Assembly: GCA_963695345.1 (NCBI GenBank)
Contig: OY968769.1
Location: forward strand, 320,001-384,000
Source: an uncultured Methanomassiliicoccales archaeon
GTDB taxonomy: Archaea > Thermoplasmatota > Thermoplasmata > Methanomassiliicoccales > UBA472
DNA length: 64,000 bases
Direction: 5' to 3'
Shown: positions 1-10,993 of the stretch, one piece after another
Layout: each line of letters starts with the position of its first letter
How positions within the stretch are numbered: position 1 is the stretch's first letter
Notes under the pieces: generated by a model
The model's input: the letters and a program-made list of their open reading frames with translations, nothing else
Database searches by the model: none
What the model was told of the DNA's origin: nothing
Program-made: the position numbers and the translations under genes

Positions 1-194
1 ACGTTCCATTCATTGTTCGAACGGGAGATGATCGTCCCGTCCATCGCCAGCGGATGAGAAGAGATCAGCCTTCCGTTCTGTTTGAGCTTCATCGCGTAGG
101 CTTGGCAGTCCCTGATGAACTGCTCATGCTTCTCCGGAGACCAATCCGCTTGGTAATCGATCTCGTTCCGGATGAGCAACATGAACATCTTCAT
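1..194 (-). CDS. YCII/YciI-related protein (partial, runs off the left edge)
   Basis: Not in the ORF track. Manual translation from the ATG at 194 gives MKMFMLLIRNEIDYQADWSPEKHEQFIRDCQAYAMKLKQNGRLISSHPL..., which resembles the YCII family N-terminus (FMLLIR...L...G.L....PL). Confidence 0.6.
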   Translation of the reverse strand, partial: MKMFMLLIRNEIDYQADWSPEKHEQFIRDCQAYAMKLKQNGRLISSHPLAMDGTIISRSNNEWN

Positions 195-702
195 CGGTAG
201 ATGTTAGTAAGCTGCCGGCTGAAATGCTTTTCCATTGGACCATTACCACGAACCGGGCCATTATTCGGTCATTAAGCGAATGCAAAGCCGATGGGACCGT
301 TTCCGATGCGATTGGGAATACGGACGGTTGCGAATGCTTCCGACTGAGTCCTCATAATATCTAATATATTCCATAAAGACTCAAAAAACAACCTTCGGAA
401 CAGCCATTTTCGGGGCGGGTGGCTATTACATCCAGACAACTTTATGCAAAAATATAAGAAAATAGCCAGTAAAAAAAAGTGATAATGATTGGAATATAAC
501 AATTAATGTAAAAGATATAAAAATAAGGTTTATTTATATGGAAGATATCCGAGATTTAAGCGCGGGATAGGCACAACCTCAGATTCCTCCAAACTCTGAC
601 GCTTATCAATTCTGGCTTCTCCCGCGCCCCCCTAACTCCTAACTGTTCTATCGTGGCATTGACGCAATGCTTTTTACCCCATCCACCTTTCCCCTCCTGT
701 CC

Positions 703-3330
703 ATGGCACAATACGAGGCGGTACCGACAGAGAGGAAATGGCAGGAGAAATGGAAGGAGTGGGAGCTCTACAGGTTCGACCAGGAATCGGACGCTCCGGT
801 CTACTCCATCGACAACCCGCCGCGGTACGCTTCCGGCTCGCTGCACCTGGGCCACGCCACCGGCTATTCGCTGATCGATTTCACCGCCCGGTACCACCGG
901 ATGCAGGGCTACAACGTCATGTTCCCCCTGTGCTTCGACGTGAACGGGACACCGGTCGAGGTGAAGGTGGAGAAGAAGTACGGCATCACCAAGCTGACCA
1001 AGCCCCGCCAGGAGTACATCAAGCTGTGCGAGGAGTACGCCAACACCTTCATCGGCGAGATGACCAAGCAGTTCGAGATACTGGGCGAGAGCATGGACCC
1101 CAGCGTCTACTATCAGACCGACGCCCCCTATTACCGGCGCATAACGCAGATCTCGTTCCTGAAGATGCTGGAGCACGGCCTGGCCTACAAGGGCAAGTAC
1201 CCGGTCAACTGGTGCCCGCGCTGCATCACGGCGCTGGCGGACGCTGAGGTGGAGTACCAGGAAGGCGTCACCAAGCTCAACTACATCAAGTTCAAGGTGG
1301 CCGGTTCGGACGAGCACATCGTCATCGCGACCACCCGTCCGGAGCTCATCTGCACCTGCCAGACGATCGCCGTGCACCCGAAGGACGCCAAGCTGGCGCA
1401 CCTGGTGGGCAAGGAGATCGAGACCCCGATATTCGGCAAGAAGGTCAAGATCATCGCCGACGACAAGGTCGACCCGAAGTTCGGTTCCGGCATCGTCATG
1501 ATCTGCACCATCGGCGACAAGACCGACCTGGAATGGGTCATGAAGTACAACCTGCCGCTGGACAAGGGCATCGACGAGCAGGGAAAGATGACCGAGCTGG
1601 CCGGTCCGTTCGCCGGCATGAAGGTCAAGGAGGCGCGTGCCGCGGCCATCGAGCTGCTGAAGCAGCAGGGCCTCATCATCAAGCAGGAGGTCCAGCCGCA
1701 GAACGTCTCCGTCTGCTGGAGATGCCACGAGACGATCGAGTTCCTGCAGGTGGAGCAGTGGTTCGTCAAGATCATGGACTTCAAGAAGGAAGTGCTCGCC
1801 AAGGCGGACGAGATCGAGTGGTTCCCCGAGTTCATGAAGGTGCGGCTGCAGGATTGGGTCAACTCGCTGCAGTGGGACTGGGTCGTTTCCCGGCAGCGCT
1901 ACTTCGCCACGCCGATACCGGTGTGGGAGTGCGATAACTGCAAGCACGTGGTCGCCGCCGAGGAGAAGGACTGCTACATCGACCCGACGGTGACGCCGGC
2001 GCCGTTCGACAAATGCCCCAAGTGCGGACGGAAAGCTCGTGGGCTGCCCGGACGTGTTCGACACCTGGATGGACTCCTCCGTATCGCCGCTGTACAACAC
2101 CTTCTGGATGAGGGACGAGGCCAAGTTCAAGAAACTGTATCCCGATGTCCGTGCAGGACGCAGTCGCACGACATCATCCGCACCTGGGCGTTCTACACCA
2201 TTCTGCGCGAGTACCTCATCACCGGGCAGATACCGTGGAAGGACATCATGATCCACGGGTTCATCATGTCGCCGGACGGGACGCCGATGCACACCTCGGC
2301 CGGCAACGTCATCGACCCGATGCCGCTGCTGGAGAACGTACGGCGCGGACGCGATGCGCTACTACGCCTGCACCTGCGCTCTCGGCGAGGACAACGCCTT
2401 CCGGGAGAAGGACGTCATCCACGGCAAGAAGCTGGCCACGAAGATGTGGAACCTGGGCAAGTTCGTGGAGATGGTCGTGAAGGAGAAACCGAAGGAGAAG
2501 GGGCTGCACCTGATCGACAGATGGATCCTCACGCAAGTTCTCCAAGATGGTGCTGGCGACGACGGAGTGCTACGACCACTACCAGTTCGACAAGGCGATG
2601 AAGGAGGTCGAGCAGTTCGCCTGGCACGAGTTCGCCGACCACTACGTGGAGATGGTGAAGGCGAGGGTCAAGGACGAGAACGATGAGGGCGTTCGCTACA
2701 CGCTGTACACCGTCTACCTGGGCATCATCAAGATGATGGCGCCCATGATGCCCCACGTGACCGAGGACGCCTACCAGTCGGGTTTCATCTCGATGGACGG
2801 GGCCAAGAGCATCCACGTGGCCAAATGGCCGGTGGCGGTCCTGTTCGACGAGCAGGCGGAGAAGGACGGCGACCTGATCAGGGACGTCATCGGCGCGATC
2901 CGGACGTACAAATCGGAAAGGAAGCTGTCCCTCAACTCGGAGATCGAGATGGTGGAGATCATCGGGGACGCCTCGGAGAAGTTCGTCGGCTCGGAGGAGG
3001 ACATATCCTCGACGGTCCGCGCCAAGGAGCTCAAGCTGGCGTCGAAGCTGAACCTGGAGGAGAAGGTCATCGCGCTGAAGCCGCTGCTGGCGAAGATCGG
3101 GCCGACCTTCAAGGGCAAGGCCAAGGAAGTGACCGAGCAGGATCAAGGCGCTGGACACCGAGAAGGATTCCGAGGCGGTGGCCAACGGCACCTACGAGTT
3201 CGAATTGTCCGACGGGACCAAGGTAGTGCTGAGCCGGGAACTGGTCGACATCGAGAAGAAGATGACGCTTCAGGGAAAGGCGGTAGACACCGTCCAGGTC
3301 GGAGAGCTGCTCATCGCGATACAGCCTTGA
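703..3330 (+). CDS. valS: Valyl-tRNA synthetase, archaeal type (about 5 apparent frameshifts)
   Basis: SIDNPPRYASGSLHLGH (HIGH motif), IATTRPEL editing motif, WDWVVSRQRYFATPIPVW, DVFDTWMDSS, HDIIRTWAFYT and anticodon-binding helices. Pieces lie in ORFs 667-2601, 2039-2251, 2354-2686 and 2547-3440; the final frame ends ...GELLIAIQP* at 3330. Confidence 0.95.
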
Positions 3331-3347
3331 ACCGGCTGAAACCACTT

Positions 3348-3749
3348 TCACTTTCTCTCTTTTCTATGACCTATCTCTGGGCCACGATGGCGATGAACCA
3401 TACGCCCAGACCGGCGCCGAGAAGGATGAGGCCCGGCTGAAGGTGCCCGATTATGGTGAAACCGGATACGAATGCCAGCAGCATGCCTACGATGCCTAGC
3501 CCGCCGCATACCCGGTAGCCGCGCCACATCTGCTTGATCGGCGATGAGGATGGAATCGTGCATGAACCAGACGATGATCAGGAGCATGATGATCGCGGCG
3601 TACTGCACATACTTCTCCGTCTCGTTGACGAAGGTGTTGAACAATACCCCGCCAGGGCTGAAGCCCAACGTGCCGAAAAGACCGAAGGTGAACATCGATA
3701 CGATCGGCTTTATCGAACGATACCGTTTCCTACGTCTCGCCATTCCCAT
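3348..3749 (-). CDS. Small membrane protein, about 4 TM helices (probable compensating indels in the 3' half)
   Basis: Basic N-terminus followed by two hydrophobic helices. An alternative frame from ~3545 reads GYRVCGGLGIVGMLLAFVSGFTIIGHLQPGLILLGAGLGVWFIAIVAQ, giving two more TM helices. Confidence 0.6.
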   Translation of the reverse strand: MGMARRRKRYRSIKPIVSMFTFGLFGTLGFSPGGVLFNTFVNETEKYVQYAAIIMLLIIVWFMHDSILIADQADVARLPGMRRARHRRHAAGIRIRFHHNRAPSAGPHPSRRRSGRMVHRHRGPEIGHRKERK

Positions 3750-3842
3750 CCCTGTATCGCAATGGAGTTGTGCTTAATATAAGGGACGAAACAAACCTAT
3801 ATTCTTTTTCCTATTCGCTTGATGATGGGTGTGCCAGTCGGG

Positions 3843-3860
3843 GGCAATAAGTTTAAATGG
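3843..3860 (+). promoter_or_regulatory. Probable archaeal BRE/TATA promoter of tRNA-Gly
   Basis: GCAATAAG TTTAAAT lies about 35 bp upstream of the tRNA 5' end. Confidence 0.5.
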
Positions 3861-3892
3861 GATTTGCATATTCGTGGATAAGCACACACCGT

Positions 3893-3965
3893 GTGGGCGT
3901 AGTGTAGCTGGTTATCACTCGTGCTTGCCAAGCACGAGACTCGGGTTCGAATCCCGACGCCCGCA
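3893..3965 (+). tRNA. tRNA-Gly (anticodon GCC), no intron, CCA not encoded
   Basis: Cloverleaf: acceptor GTGGGCG/CGCCCGC-A, D-arm GTGTAGCTGGTTATCAC, anticodon arm CGTGC-TTGCCAA-GCACG, T-arm TCGGG-TTCGAAT-CCCGA. Confidence 0.96.
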
Positions 3966-4248
3966 CTCATTCTTCATCCAGTCAGACGGAACAATTTCTC
4001 AGAAAAAACGAATTCTTCAGAATCGAGATCTGCAAAAGCCTATTGTCTGAATCCTTTCAACGAATGCTTTCTTGATTCGAAGTTTGAGATGATGATCCAT
4101 TTACCTAATGAACAGGCAACCGAATGAGGACTAGAACAAGTAAGAAAAGAAAGATAATCACGGAAAGATTTTTCGGAAAGGGTTTACTCGATTCGGATGG
4201 TCTGGTACTCTTTGATTTTTCTTAGTCCTTCTTATTGTCTACCTTGAC

Positions 4249-6637
4249 CTACGTCTTGTCAGAGTTCTTCCCGGTCCGCAGGATGATGAAGATCAAGATG
4301 ATGATCGCCAGCATAATCGAGATACCGATGCCGATCACTGTGGTTGAGTCGATCCCGTTGGTCTTGCTCTGAAGGCCTCCGACATCTGACTTGACCTGGC
4401 CCATGTTGGTGCTAATGGTGGCCACGGTCCCGTTCATGCTGGTCACGTTTCCCTTGATGTTACCGAGGGTGCTGGTCATGTTCACATTGTCACCCTGGAG
4501 GGATACGACCTTCAACCAGATGTCAGACACGTTCGCCTTTACCAGGCCGGCATCGGTCTGGATCGATGGCGACGGTTCCGTTCAGGCTGTCGATTTTCGC
4601 GTGCAGGTTGGCCAGACTTACCTGGACCATGCCGAGCGTCGTGTTGACGGAGGCGAGGTTACCCTCGATGCCCAAAACTTTAGCGTGAATTGCGTTTACC
4701 GTTGTGTTGGTGAATCCCAGGTCGGTATGGATGGTCGCTACTGTTCCATCGATGCTGGTCACGATCGTGTGTATGTCGTTCACATTGGTGGTAAGCGTTC
4801 CCAGGTCGGTTTCGATCTGAACAACAATGCCGCTGATGCTCACCACTGACGCGTGAATTGCGTTCACCGTTACGTTGGTGTACCCAAGGTCGGTTTTGAT
4901 ATGAACGACTGCGCCGTTGATCGAGACAACGATCGCATGGATGTCGTCGACGGTCGTGGTAAGCGTTCCCAGGTCGGTATGGATGGTTGCCAGTGTTCCC
5001 TGGATGTCGATCACCCTGGCGTGGATATCGTTCACCGTTGCGTTGGTGTAGCCCAGGTCGGTCTGGATGGTCGCTACTGTTCCATAGATGCTGGTGACGA
5101 TTGCGTTTATGTCGTTGACATTCGCTACCAGGTCCTGGATGTGATGTCGGTGTACACCGTGGCATGGGGTAAGCGTACCCAGGTCGGTCTGGATGGTTGC
5201 CATTGTTCCCTGGATGTCGATCACCCTGGCATGGATGTCGTTCACCGTTGTGTTGGTGTAGCCCAGGTCGGTCTGGATGGTCGCTACCGTTCCATCGATG
5301 CTGGTCACGATCGCGTGTATGTCGTCGACATTCGCGGTAAGCGTACCAAGGTCGGTCTGGATGGTGAATATGCCATACTCAATGTATGCCAGTCCCTCGT
5401 CGATGGAGGTTATGCTCTCCTCGATGATGCCGATATCGGTTTGGATGGTGACAACGTTTCCGTTTATGCTCATTATCCGTGCATTCATACCGACCAGTGT
5501 GTCAGATATGACAAAGGTCCTGAGCGAGCTTCCATAGTTGGACCCGCTGTTGACCGACAATACCAGGGTGTACTGGCCGGCAGGAGCGTATCCAGGTATG
5601 GTCCAGTCGACAATCCACACACCCGAGGTGATCCTGTACATATCTCCAGACAGGTCGGTGGTGCTTAGATTGGGCGCGTACAGCATAGCGTTCATATTCG
5701 TCGGGTCGAACAGATGTCCGTTAACGGTCATCGACATCCACCAAGTGACGATCTCGCCGGGGAAATGTATCGTTCCGACGTCCATCACGATATCGATGGG
5801 GGTGGCATCTCCTGATGCAAAGTCCCCCATGGTCAATCCATTGAACGCATTACCAGGTGAGGGGAAGGTCGAGACGGCGTAGGCGTGGCCACGGATGTCG
5901 GCGGGGGTATTGATAATCCAGTCCGCGCCACCAATGGTAGGCGCAACAAGTCCTAGGAATGTTATTGAGGCCAGGGAGGTGCAGGAATGGAACGTAAAGT
6001 CCCCGATGGTGGTGACGCTGTTGGGGATGATGATGGAGGTCAGGGCGGAGCAGTAGATGAACGCATAGGCCCCGATGGTGGTGACGCTGTTGGGGATGTT
6101 GATGGAGGCCAGGGAGGTGCAGGAACGGAACGCGTCGACACCGATGGTGGTGATGCTGTTGGGGATGATGAAGGAGGTCAGGGAGGTGCATTGTTGGAAC
6201 GCAGAGGCAGGGATGGTAGTGACACCGTTGGGGATGTTGATGGAGGCCAGGGAGGTGCAGGAATGGAACGCACCGACACCGATGGTGGTGACGCCACTTC
6301 CTATGGTCACGGAGGTCAGGGCGGAGCAGGAGAGGAAAGCATAAGTTCCGATGGTAGTGACGCTGTCGGGAATCGTCACGGAGGTCAGAGAGGCATATTG
6401 GAACGCAGTGATAGCGATGGCTCTGGTGGGAAACCCTCCCAACGTGGATGGTATGACGATATCTCCGCCGGTGCCGGTGTATCCGGTGATGGTAGAGAAC
6501 CCTCCGTTCTCGGTGTAGATATAGTCGCCGTCCTGTGCCGCTGACACGTTATCCGCGGCAACGACGACGAAAGCGCCCAGCAACAGCATGATCACAATCA
6601 ATATCGTTATCCCAAATATTCCTGACCTCTTTTCCAT
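4249..6637 (-). CDS. Surface protein: signal peptide, BspA-type LRR (LRR_5) domain, Ig-like domain, 28-aa repeat stalk, C-terminal TM anchor (frameshift near 4555)
   Basis: MEKRSGIFGITILIVIMLLLGAFVVVAA signal; repeats of type CTSLTSVTIPNSVTTIGxxAF; IQTDLGTLTxxVxDIHAxVxSIxGTVAT repeats; ORF 4249-4530 supplies the TM tail (IGIGISIMLAIIILIFIILR). Confidence 0.85.
4560..5470 (-). repeat. Intragenic tandem repeat, 84-bp (28-aa) unit, about 10 copies, alternating A/B subtypes
   Basis: CCAGGTCGGT(C/A)TGGATGGT-like cores recur near 4717, 4801, 4885, 4969, 5053, 5179, 5263 and 5347; the register is disturbed near 5130-5170. Confidence 0.9.
5960..6410 (-). repeat. LRR_5 coding repeats, 69-bp unit, about 6 copies
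   Basis: GGAGG(C/T)CAGGGAGGTGCA...CCGATGGTGGTGACGCTGTTGGGGATG recurs every 69 bp. Confidence 0.9.
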
Positions 6638-7378
6638 ATTACAAAACCCCTTAGACAGTGTAGCTCGGTTCGAAACGAATGGATATAAAATAGAATTCTG
6701 TCTACCAATCTTCAAGAACGATATTAAAGCGGCCTGTCTTATTATCATTTATAAAAATGAATTCGCTAATATCTAAGCAGCTTCAAATTTCCATCCAACT
6801 TCATTTATAATTGTGCCGCATGATCCACATTAGCATTTACCCCCTAGCGAAGTAAGAGGGTTCTTGAATTTCCTCTAGAAGAACGTTGATGGCGGTGGTC
6901 ACTGATTTTACCAGAGTTAAGATTCTACTCTACCTTCATAATTTCTTTCTCTTACCTTGATAAAGAACCAATTGCATCGCGACAAACGCAATTGCGACAA
7001 TGCCAGGCTCCGTTTTAATTTCAAAGTTTGCGAGCCAGTTCAGTCAGCTTCATTTTTCCGTCCATCCTAAACACTGTCCGATCCATCATCGACCTGGCCC
7101 CCAATCTCTATAGAAGGCAATGGAGGGTTCGTTCCAGTCCAAACACCGGCCGACATGGTCATTTATTATTGGTTGGATATTTAGTGGTGGGCGCCTGATT
7201 AGTTAGAAATGATTGTAGAGGTTGCACTAAGAAGGGAGAATCTTGTATTCCCGATCAGGATGTTTTGCCCATCACACAATACTGAAGAGAAGCATAAATA
7301 TTAACTATTAGATATTATTGCAATATATTAAATAGATGTGGAGGCTAATGGAATGATCGACGGTAAGGAGTTTGCAAC

Positions 7379-7663
7379 ATGGATAATACCACCGAAGAAA
7401 AGGCAGGCGTTCCACAGAATGATAATTTGACCGCCAACCCAGCACCGTCGTCTGGTCTAAATACCGATGAGTCCTTGAGGGGGAAGAAACGCAAATCCAG
7501 TCATATCGACAATAAGACCGACGCCATTTTCCAAGACACCATGGTCGGACCAGTGCCCGTGAGCCCTAAGACCGAACAGGGAATGGGGGATTCGAAGGTC
7601 GGAGTCGTGGAAGCCGTCCAGAATACAAAAAAGCGAAATAAATGGAAATTTTGGAAGTCATAG
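7379..7663 (+). CDS. Hypothetical low-complexity protein with basic-aromatic C-terminus (KKRNKWKFWKS)
   Basis: 94-aa ORF preceded by a GGAG SD-like sequence; no recognisable domain. Confidence 0.45.
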   Translation: MDNTTEEKAGVPQNDNLTANPAPSSGLNTDESLRGKKRKSSHIDNKTDAIFQDTMVGPVPVSPKTEQGMGDSKVGVVEAVQNTKKRNKWKFWKS

Positions 7664-7803
7664 AGAGATTTCAAGCAGGAAATCTTAATGTCCCGTTCCT
7701 TGTTACCCAATACGCATTTCCAGACATATATTTTTCAAATTCAACTCTGAATTTTAGGGAATAAGTTGAACCCCAGTCTGCGCGGTCTTCTCCATAAATT
7801 GAT

Positions 7804-7834
7804 TTTGTTATCAAAATGACAAATGATATATAAA
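7804..7834 (+). promoter_or_regulatory. Inverted repeat (candidate operator) abutting a TATA box upstream of the HTH/NTase pair
   Basis: TTTGTTAT-CAAA-ATGACAAA (one mismatch) at 7804-7823, then ATATATAAA at 7826-7834. ATGs at 7852 and 7858 fall where a leaderless start would be expected. Confidence 0.5.
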
Positions 7835-7851
7835 CTATTGACTATTTGATA

Positions 7852-8787
7852 ATGGAAATGGCCAACTCACCTTATGTCTTCACAAGTAGTCAACTTGAGG
7901 TATTTCGGGAGATCTGTTTAGGTAGAAAGACAGTAAGAGAAATAGCTCAATTTTCCGATCAATCGATCAAGACCGTCTATAGGATAACGGAAATTCTAAG
8001 GAATTCGGGGATTTTAACAGCATCTGGCAGCCATGGAGCCCATTTCACACCCAGCACGGATCTTCGTTCAGCTGCTTTGAAACGCTACCTGCTGTCGGAG
8101 AAGCATCCGGTCGACGCGATAACAGGGTCAAAATTGCTTCTGTTGCTTTCCATTTCTCAAATGCCAAAGAGCATCGATAGGATTTCCAAGGAAACGTGCC
8201 TTAAGTATGATACTGTTAGAGTCCTTGCGTGGGCCTTGAAGAACTATGGTGTAGTCACTCAGACCCGAGACGAAATCGTGATTTCACCGACCGCCGCATC
8301 CATAACCCAATTCCTACAGGATTTCTCTAAGGGCATGAATCTGAGAATAATGGAACAGAGGACAAAGGTTGGGATCTTGACCTGGAGCGGCGGTCTGGAG
8401 TGCATCTTCTCGACTAGGGCCCTTGACGACTCGAGCAATGTCAAAAAAACCGGAATTTCGGCCATGGGCAGTTATGGTCTACGTTTCATCACTGAAAATG
8501 ATTATTATTATTACTCAAATTGGAACTCGGACCTGAGACCGGAAGATATCGCCATCCACAATATACTCACAAACCCCTTCAGTTCCACGGTTATCGGTTA
8601 CTCGATACTGTTCCTCAAGAGGACAGGATTCGATAGCGACTACCTTTTGGAAGTGTCGAGGGACGCGGGAATCGAGGAATTGGTGAAGGATATGACCAGG
8701 GCCATGGCCGGAGAGGTCGTTAAGAATAAGTTCATACCGACACCTGACGACATGCGTGACCTATCCGCCCAATATGGGGTGAGTTGA
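7852..8787 (+). CDS. Tandem winged-HTH DNA-binding protein (putative antitoxin or regulator)
   Basis: Two wHTH-like segments (KTVREIAQFSDQSIKTVYRITEILRNSGIL; KSIDRISKETCLKYDTVRVLAWALKNYGVV); its stop overlaps the start of the next gene. Confidence 0.7.
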   Translation: MEMANSPYVFTSSQLEVFREICLGRKTVREIAQFSDQSIKTVYRITEILRNSGILTASGSHGAHFTPSTDLRSAALKRYLLSEKHPVDAITGSKLLLLLSISQMPKSIDRISKETCLKYDTVRVLAWALKNYGVVTQTRDEIVISPTAASITQFLQDFSKGMNLRIMEQRTKVGILTWSGGLECIFSTRALDDSSNVKKTGISAMGSYGLRFITENDYYYYSNWNSDLRPEDIAIHNILTNPFSSTVIGYSILFLKRTGFDSDYLLEVSRDAGIEELVKDMTRAMAGEVVKNKFIPTPDDMRDLSAQYGVS

Positions 8788-9614
8788 TGGAAACGGCTCA
8801 ATTCGACAAGAACGATGTGCTATCGGTGATGGGTGCCGCCGGGAAGATATGTTCGCGGAGAATTGCTGTGTACATGGTCGGTGGTGGAGCTATGGCCATA
8901 CGAGGAGAGAAAGCAGCCACCAAAGATGTTGATCTGATCTTGGAATCTGAAGAAGATGCAAAGGAACTAAGCGAGGCGTTCAAGGGTTTAGATTTCGAGG
9001 TGAATTCCAGACATCCCATGGAATGCAGGGAATTGGTCGATGCTGAGATAATGACAACGATGAATGGGATGAGGGTCGATATTTTTGTCAGAACGGTCTG
9101 CCATAAATTGTTCTTCAGCGAGGGGATGAAAGGTCGTTCTGAATTGGTCGGGGAAATGGGCCAGATATCTCTAAATATCTGTTCACGAGAGGATATATTC
9201 CTTTTAAAGAGCGTAACAGAACGGAACAGGGATTTGGATGATATGGTAGTGCTATACCGCAAGGGCATTGACAAAGACACTATCATGAAAGAATGTCAAA
9301 TCCAAGATCTGCTCGATTCGCAGGTTGGAGGGAGGATATGGGAGGCGTTCCTTTCTATTAAAATCGAAGAAATGGAAGGAAGGTTTGGTATTACTATCCC
9401 ATGGAAAGGTGAATTGAAAAGGATAGCGGACCTCAAACTTGGATGTGTCTTGGTTTTGAATAAGATTAGAGCAGGGTCGCATACCGTTAATGCCATCTCG
9501 ATGGAGCTCGGAATTAAACCAGCAGATATCAGGAAATATGTTGCATCACTTGAAGATGAGGGATTGGTTGTTTCAGATCGAAGCAAAAGGCCAAATCAGA
9601 TTTCGCTCAGATAA
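8784..9614 (+). CDS. Pol-beta-fold nucleotidyltransferase (DUF6036/AbiEii-like) with C-terminal wHTH
   Basis: VYMVGGGAMAIRGEKAATKDVDLIL (GG...TxDxD), RVDIF, EDIFLLKS...RNRDLDD; C-terminal TVNAISMELGIKPADIRKYVASLEDEGLV. Confidence 0.8.
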   Translation: MMETAQFDKNDVLSVMGAAGKICSRRIAVYMVGGGAMAIRGEKAATKDVDLILESEEDAKELSEAFKGLDFEVNSRHPMECRELVDAEIMTTMNGMRVDIFVRTVCHKLFFSEGMKGRSELVGEMGQISLNICSREDIFLLKSVTERNRDLDDMVVLYRKGIDKDTIMKECQIQDLLDSQVGGRIWEAFLSIKIEEMEGRFGITIPWKGELKRIADLKLGCVLVLNKIRAGSHTVNAISMELGIKPADIRKYVASLEDEGLVVSDRSKRPNQISLR

Positions 9615-9872
9615 TGCAATGTTAACGACAAAATACAATTGTTCAAAGGGGCAAGAGGTTCGAATCTCCTTGATCATACTTACCATAATTCTTGAGACCT
9701 TTGAATGGTTATCTGGAGTTCCAGGGTTTAAATCCTAAAGCACTCACTCTCAACCATATCCAAGCAGATAATTTCTAAATTCAATTTTGGGGGAAAATGC
9801 ACCTGGGTTGTCCGGGATAGTTTTCCATGCCCTGATCATCGTGTCTTGCCCTTTCAGACACCAGTAGATCTG

Positions 9873-10694
9873 TCAGATAGTGAGTGCTTTTTGCTTTTCG
9901 AACTTGCTATCCTTCTTTCCTACCCAGTAGTAGTTCGGTGTTTGGAACTTGGGCATGATCTTTTTTATCTTTTTATGTAAGGTTGCATAGTTGCCTTTGA
10001 ACTTGCCTTCATTCCAGACGATCTTCAGATTTGATGTGAACAGGCTATTCCTGACCCCTGCCCTGGATGTCTGCCAATCCTGGCATCCTGAGATCAACAA
10101 TATCGATGCCTTCACGTCCGCTTCTTTGATGTTTGAGGTTTCAGCCTGGATCCGATCATAGAATTCTTTGTTCTGTTCATAGACACCTTTCACCATCGAG
10201 TCAGGCATCGCCTTGGTTTGGAATTGAGGGGATGGCATACCTCCCTTTATTGAACGAACGATGTCGCCTTTGGTTACAGTCCCACTATGACAGCTGTCAG
10301 AAATGACAACGACCCGCACACCCTCGGCAAAGTTGGCATAACGGACCAGAAGTTCATCATCCATTATCTCCCCATCATAGAGACACCAGGTCTCGTCCTG
10401 CTCATCATCCTCATCCCCATTGACATCTGGCAACCAACTCCCATGGCCCGAGTAATAGACCGCGAAGATGTCACCGCTTTCCAGTTGGTTGGCGGCTATG
10501 GTCATCTCGTCTATCACCGATTGACGGGTGGCAGCCTCCGTAAGAAGGATCTTCACTTCGAACCCCTTAGATAAAGCAATATCGGCCATATCGTCGGCGT
10601 CCGATTCGCATGGAGTCAAGTATCCATCCCAGTCATTGTACTTGCCTGGATCTACTCTGTTCAGCCCGATTATCAGCGCTATTCCCTTAGGCAT
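9873..10694 (-). CDS. Caspase-family (peptidase C14, metacaspase/orthocaspase-like) protease
   Basis: ALIIGLN, YYSGHGS (catalytic His), DEDDEQDETWC, ISDSCHSG (catalytic Cys), ISGCQDWQTS, QTPN. Confidence 0.92.
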   Translation of the reverse strand: MPKGIALIIGLNRVDPGKYNDWDGYLTPCESDADDMADIALSKGFEVKILLTEAATRQSVIDEMTIAANQLESGDIFAVYYSGHGSWLPDVNGDEDDEQDETWCLYDGEIMDDELLVRYANFAEGVRVVVISDSCHSGTVTKGDIVRSIKGGMPSPQFQTKAMPDSMVKGVYEQNKEFYDRIQAETSNIKEADVKASILLISGCQDWQTSRAGVRNSLFTSNLKIVWNEGKFKGNYATLHKKIKKIMPKFQTPNYYWVGKKDSKFEKQKALTI

Positions 10695-10993
10695 CTTATT
10701 CCCCCACTATTTTCGACCTGAGGTCATTATGACCGCGATAATTACATTCGCTATGTATGAATAAAATATTTTCCATGATTTGATTCAGTGGCGTATAGGA
10801 TTGAATGAGTTGAAAAACCTGGAATTGAACCTGAAGATGGAAGGTTATTGTAATAGGTTATTCGAATCCTTGTTGGATTCGTTCTAGAGGAGGGGCAAAG
10901 GCAGTGGGACGTTCATTGTCGAACACATCTGAAAACTCGCTTTAGGGTGACTTCATTAGGCTTTTTTCATAGCCTTTTCACTTAGTATCTCAT

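Noticed and set aside
556-2292. 578-aa minus-strand ORF, and similar long antisense ORFs (32689-35040, 42165-43484, 49792-51216, 52911-53987, 62764-63780)
   Set aside because: Shadow ORFs opposite well-supported GC3-rich genes; no independent motifs.
703-3330. valS as a pseudogene or programmed-frameshift gene
   Set aside because: It is an essential gene with intact motifs, and the shifts lack consistent slippery sites and occur throughout the window, which favours sequencing error.
3371-3373. In-frame TAG as a possible pyrrolysine codon (plausible for the inferred lineage)
   Set aside because: Better explained by a compensating indel near the gene end; I found no convincing amber read-through with conserved downstream sequence in the cases examined.
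4560-6410. Regularly spaced repeats that could be mistaken for a CRISPR array
   Set aside because: The periods (84 and 69 bp) are multiples of three, lie inside a coding frame and have no unique spacers; no cas operon is present.
9650-9672. GAGGTTCGAATCTC, resembling a tRNA T-arm or att site
   Set aside because: The stem is imperfect, there is no cloverleaf, and it does not match the 3' end of the tRNA-Gly at 3893-3965.
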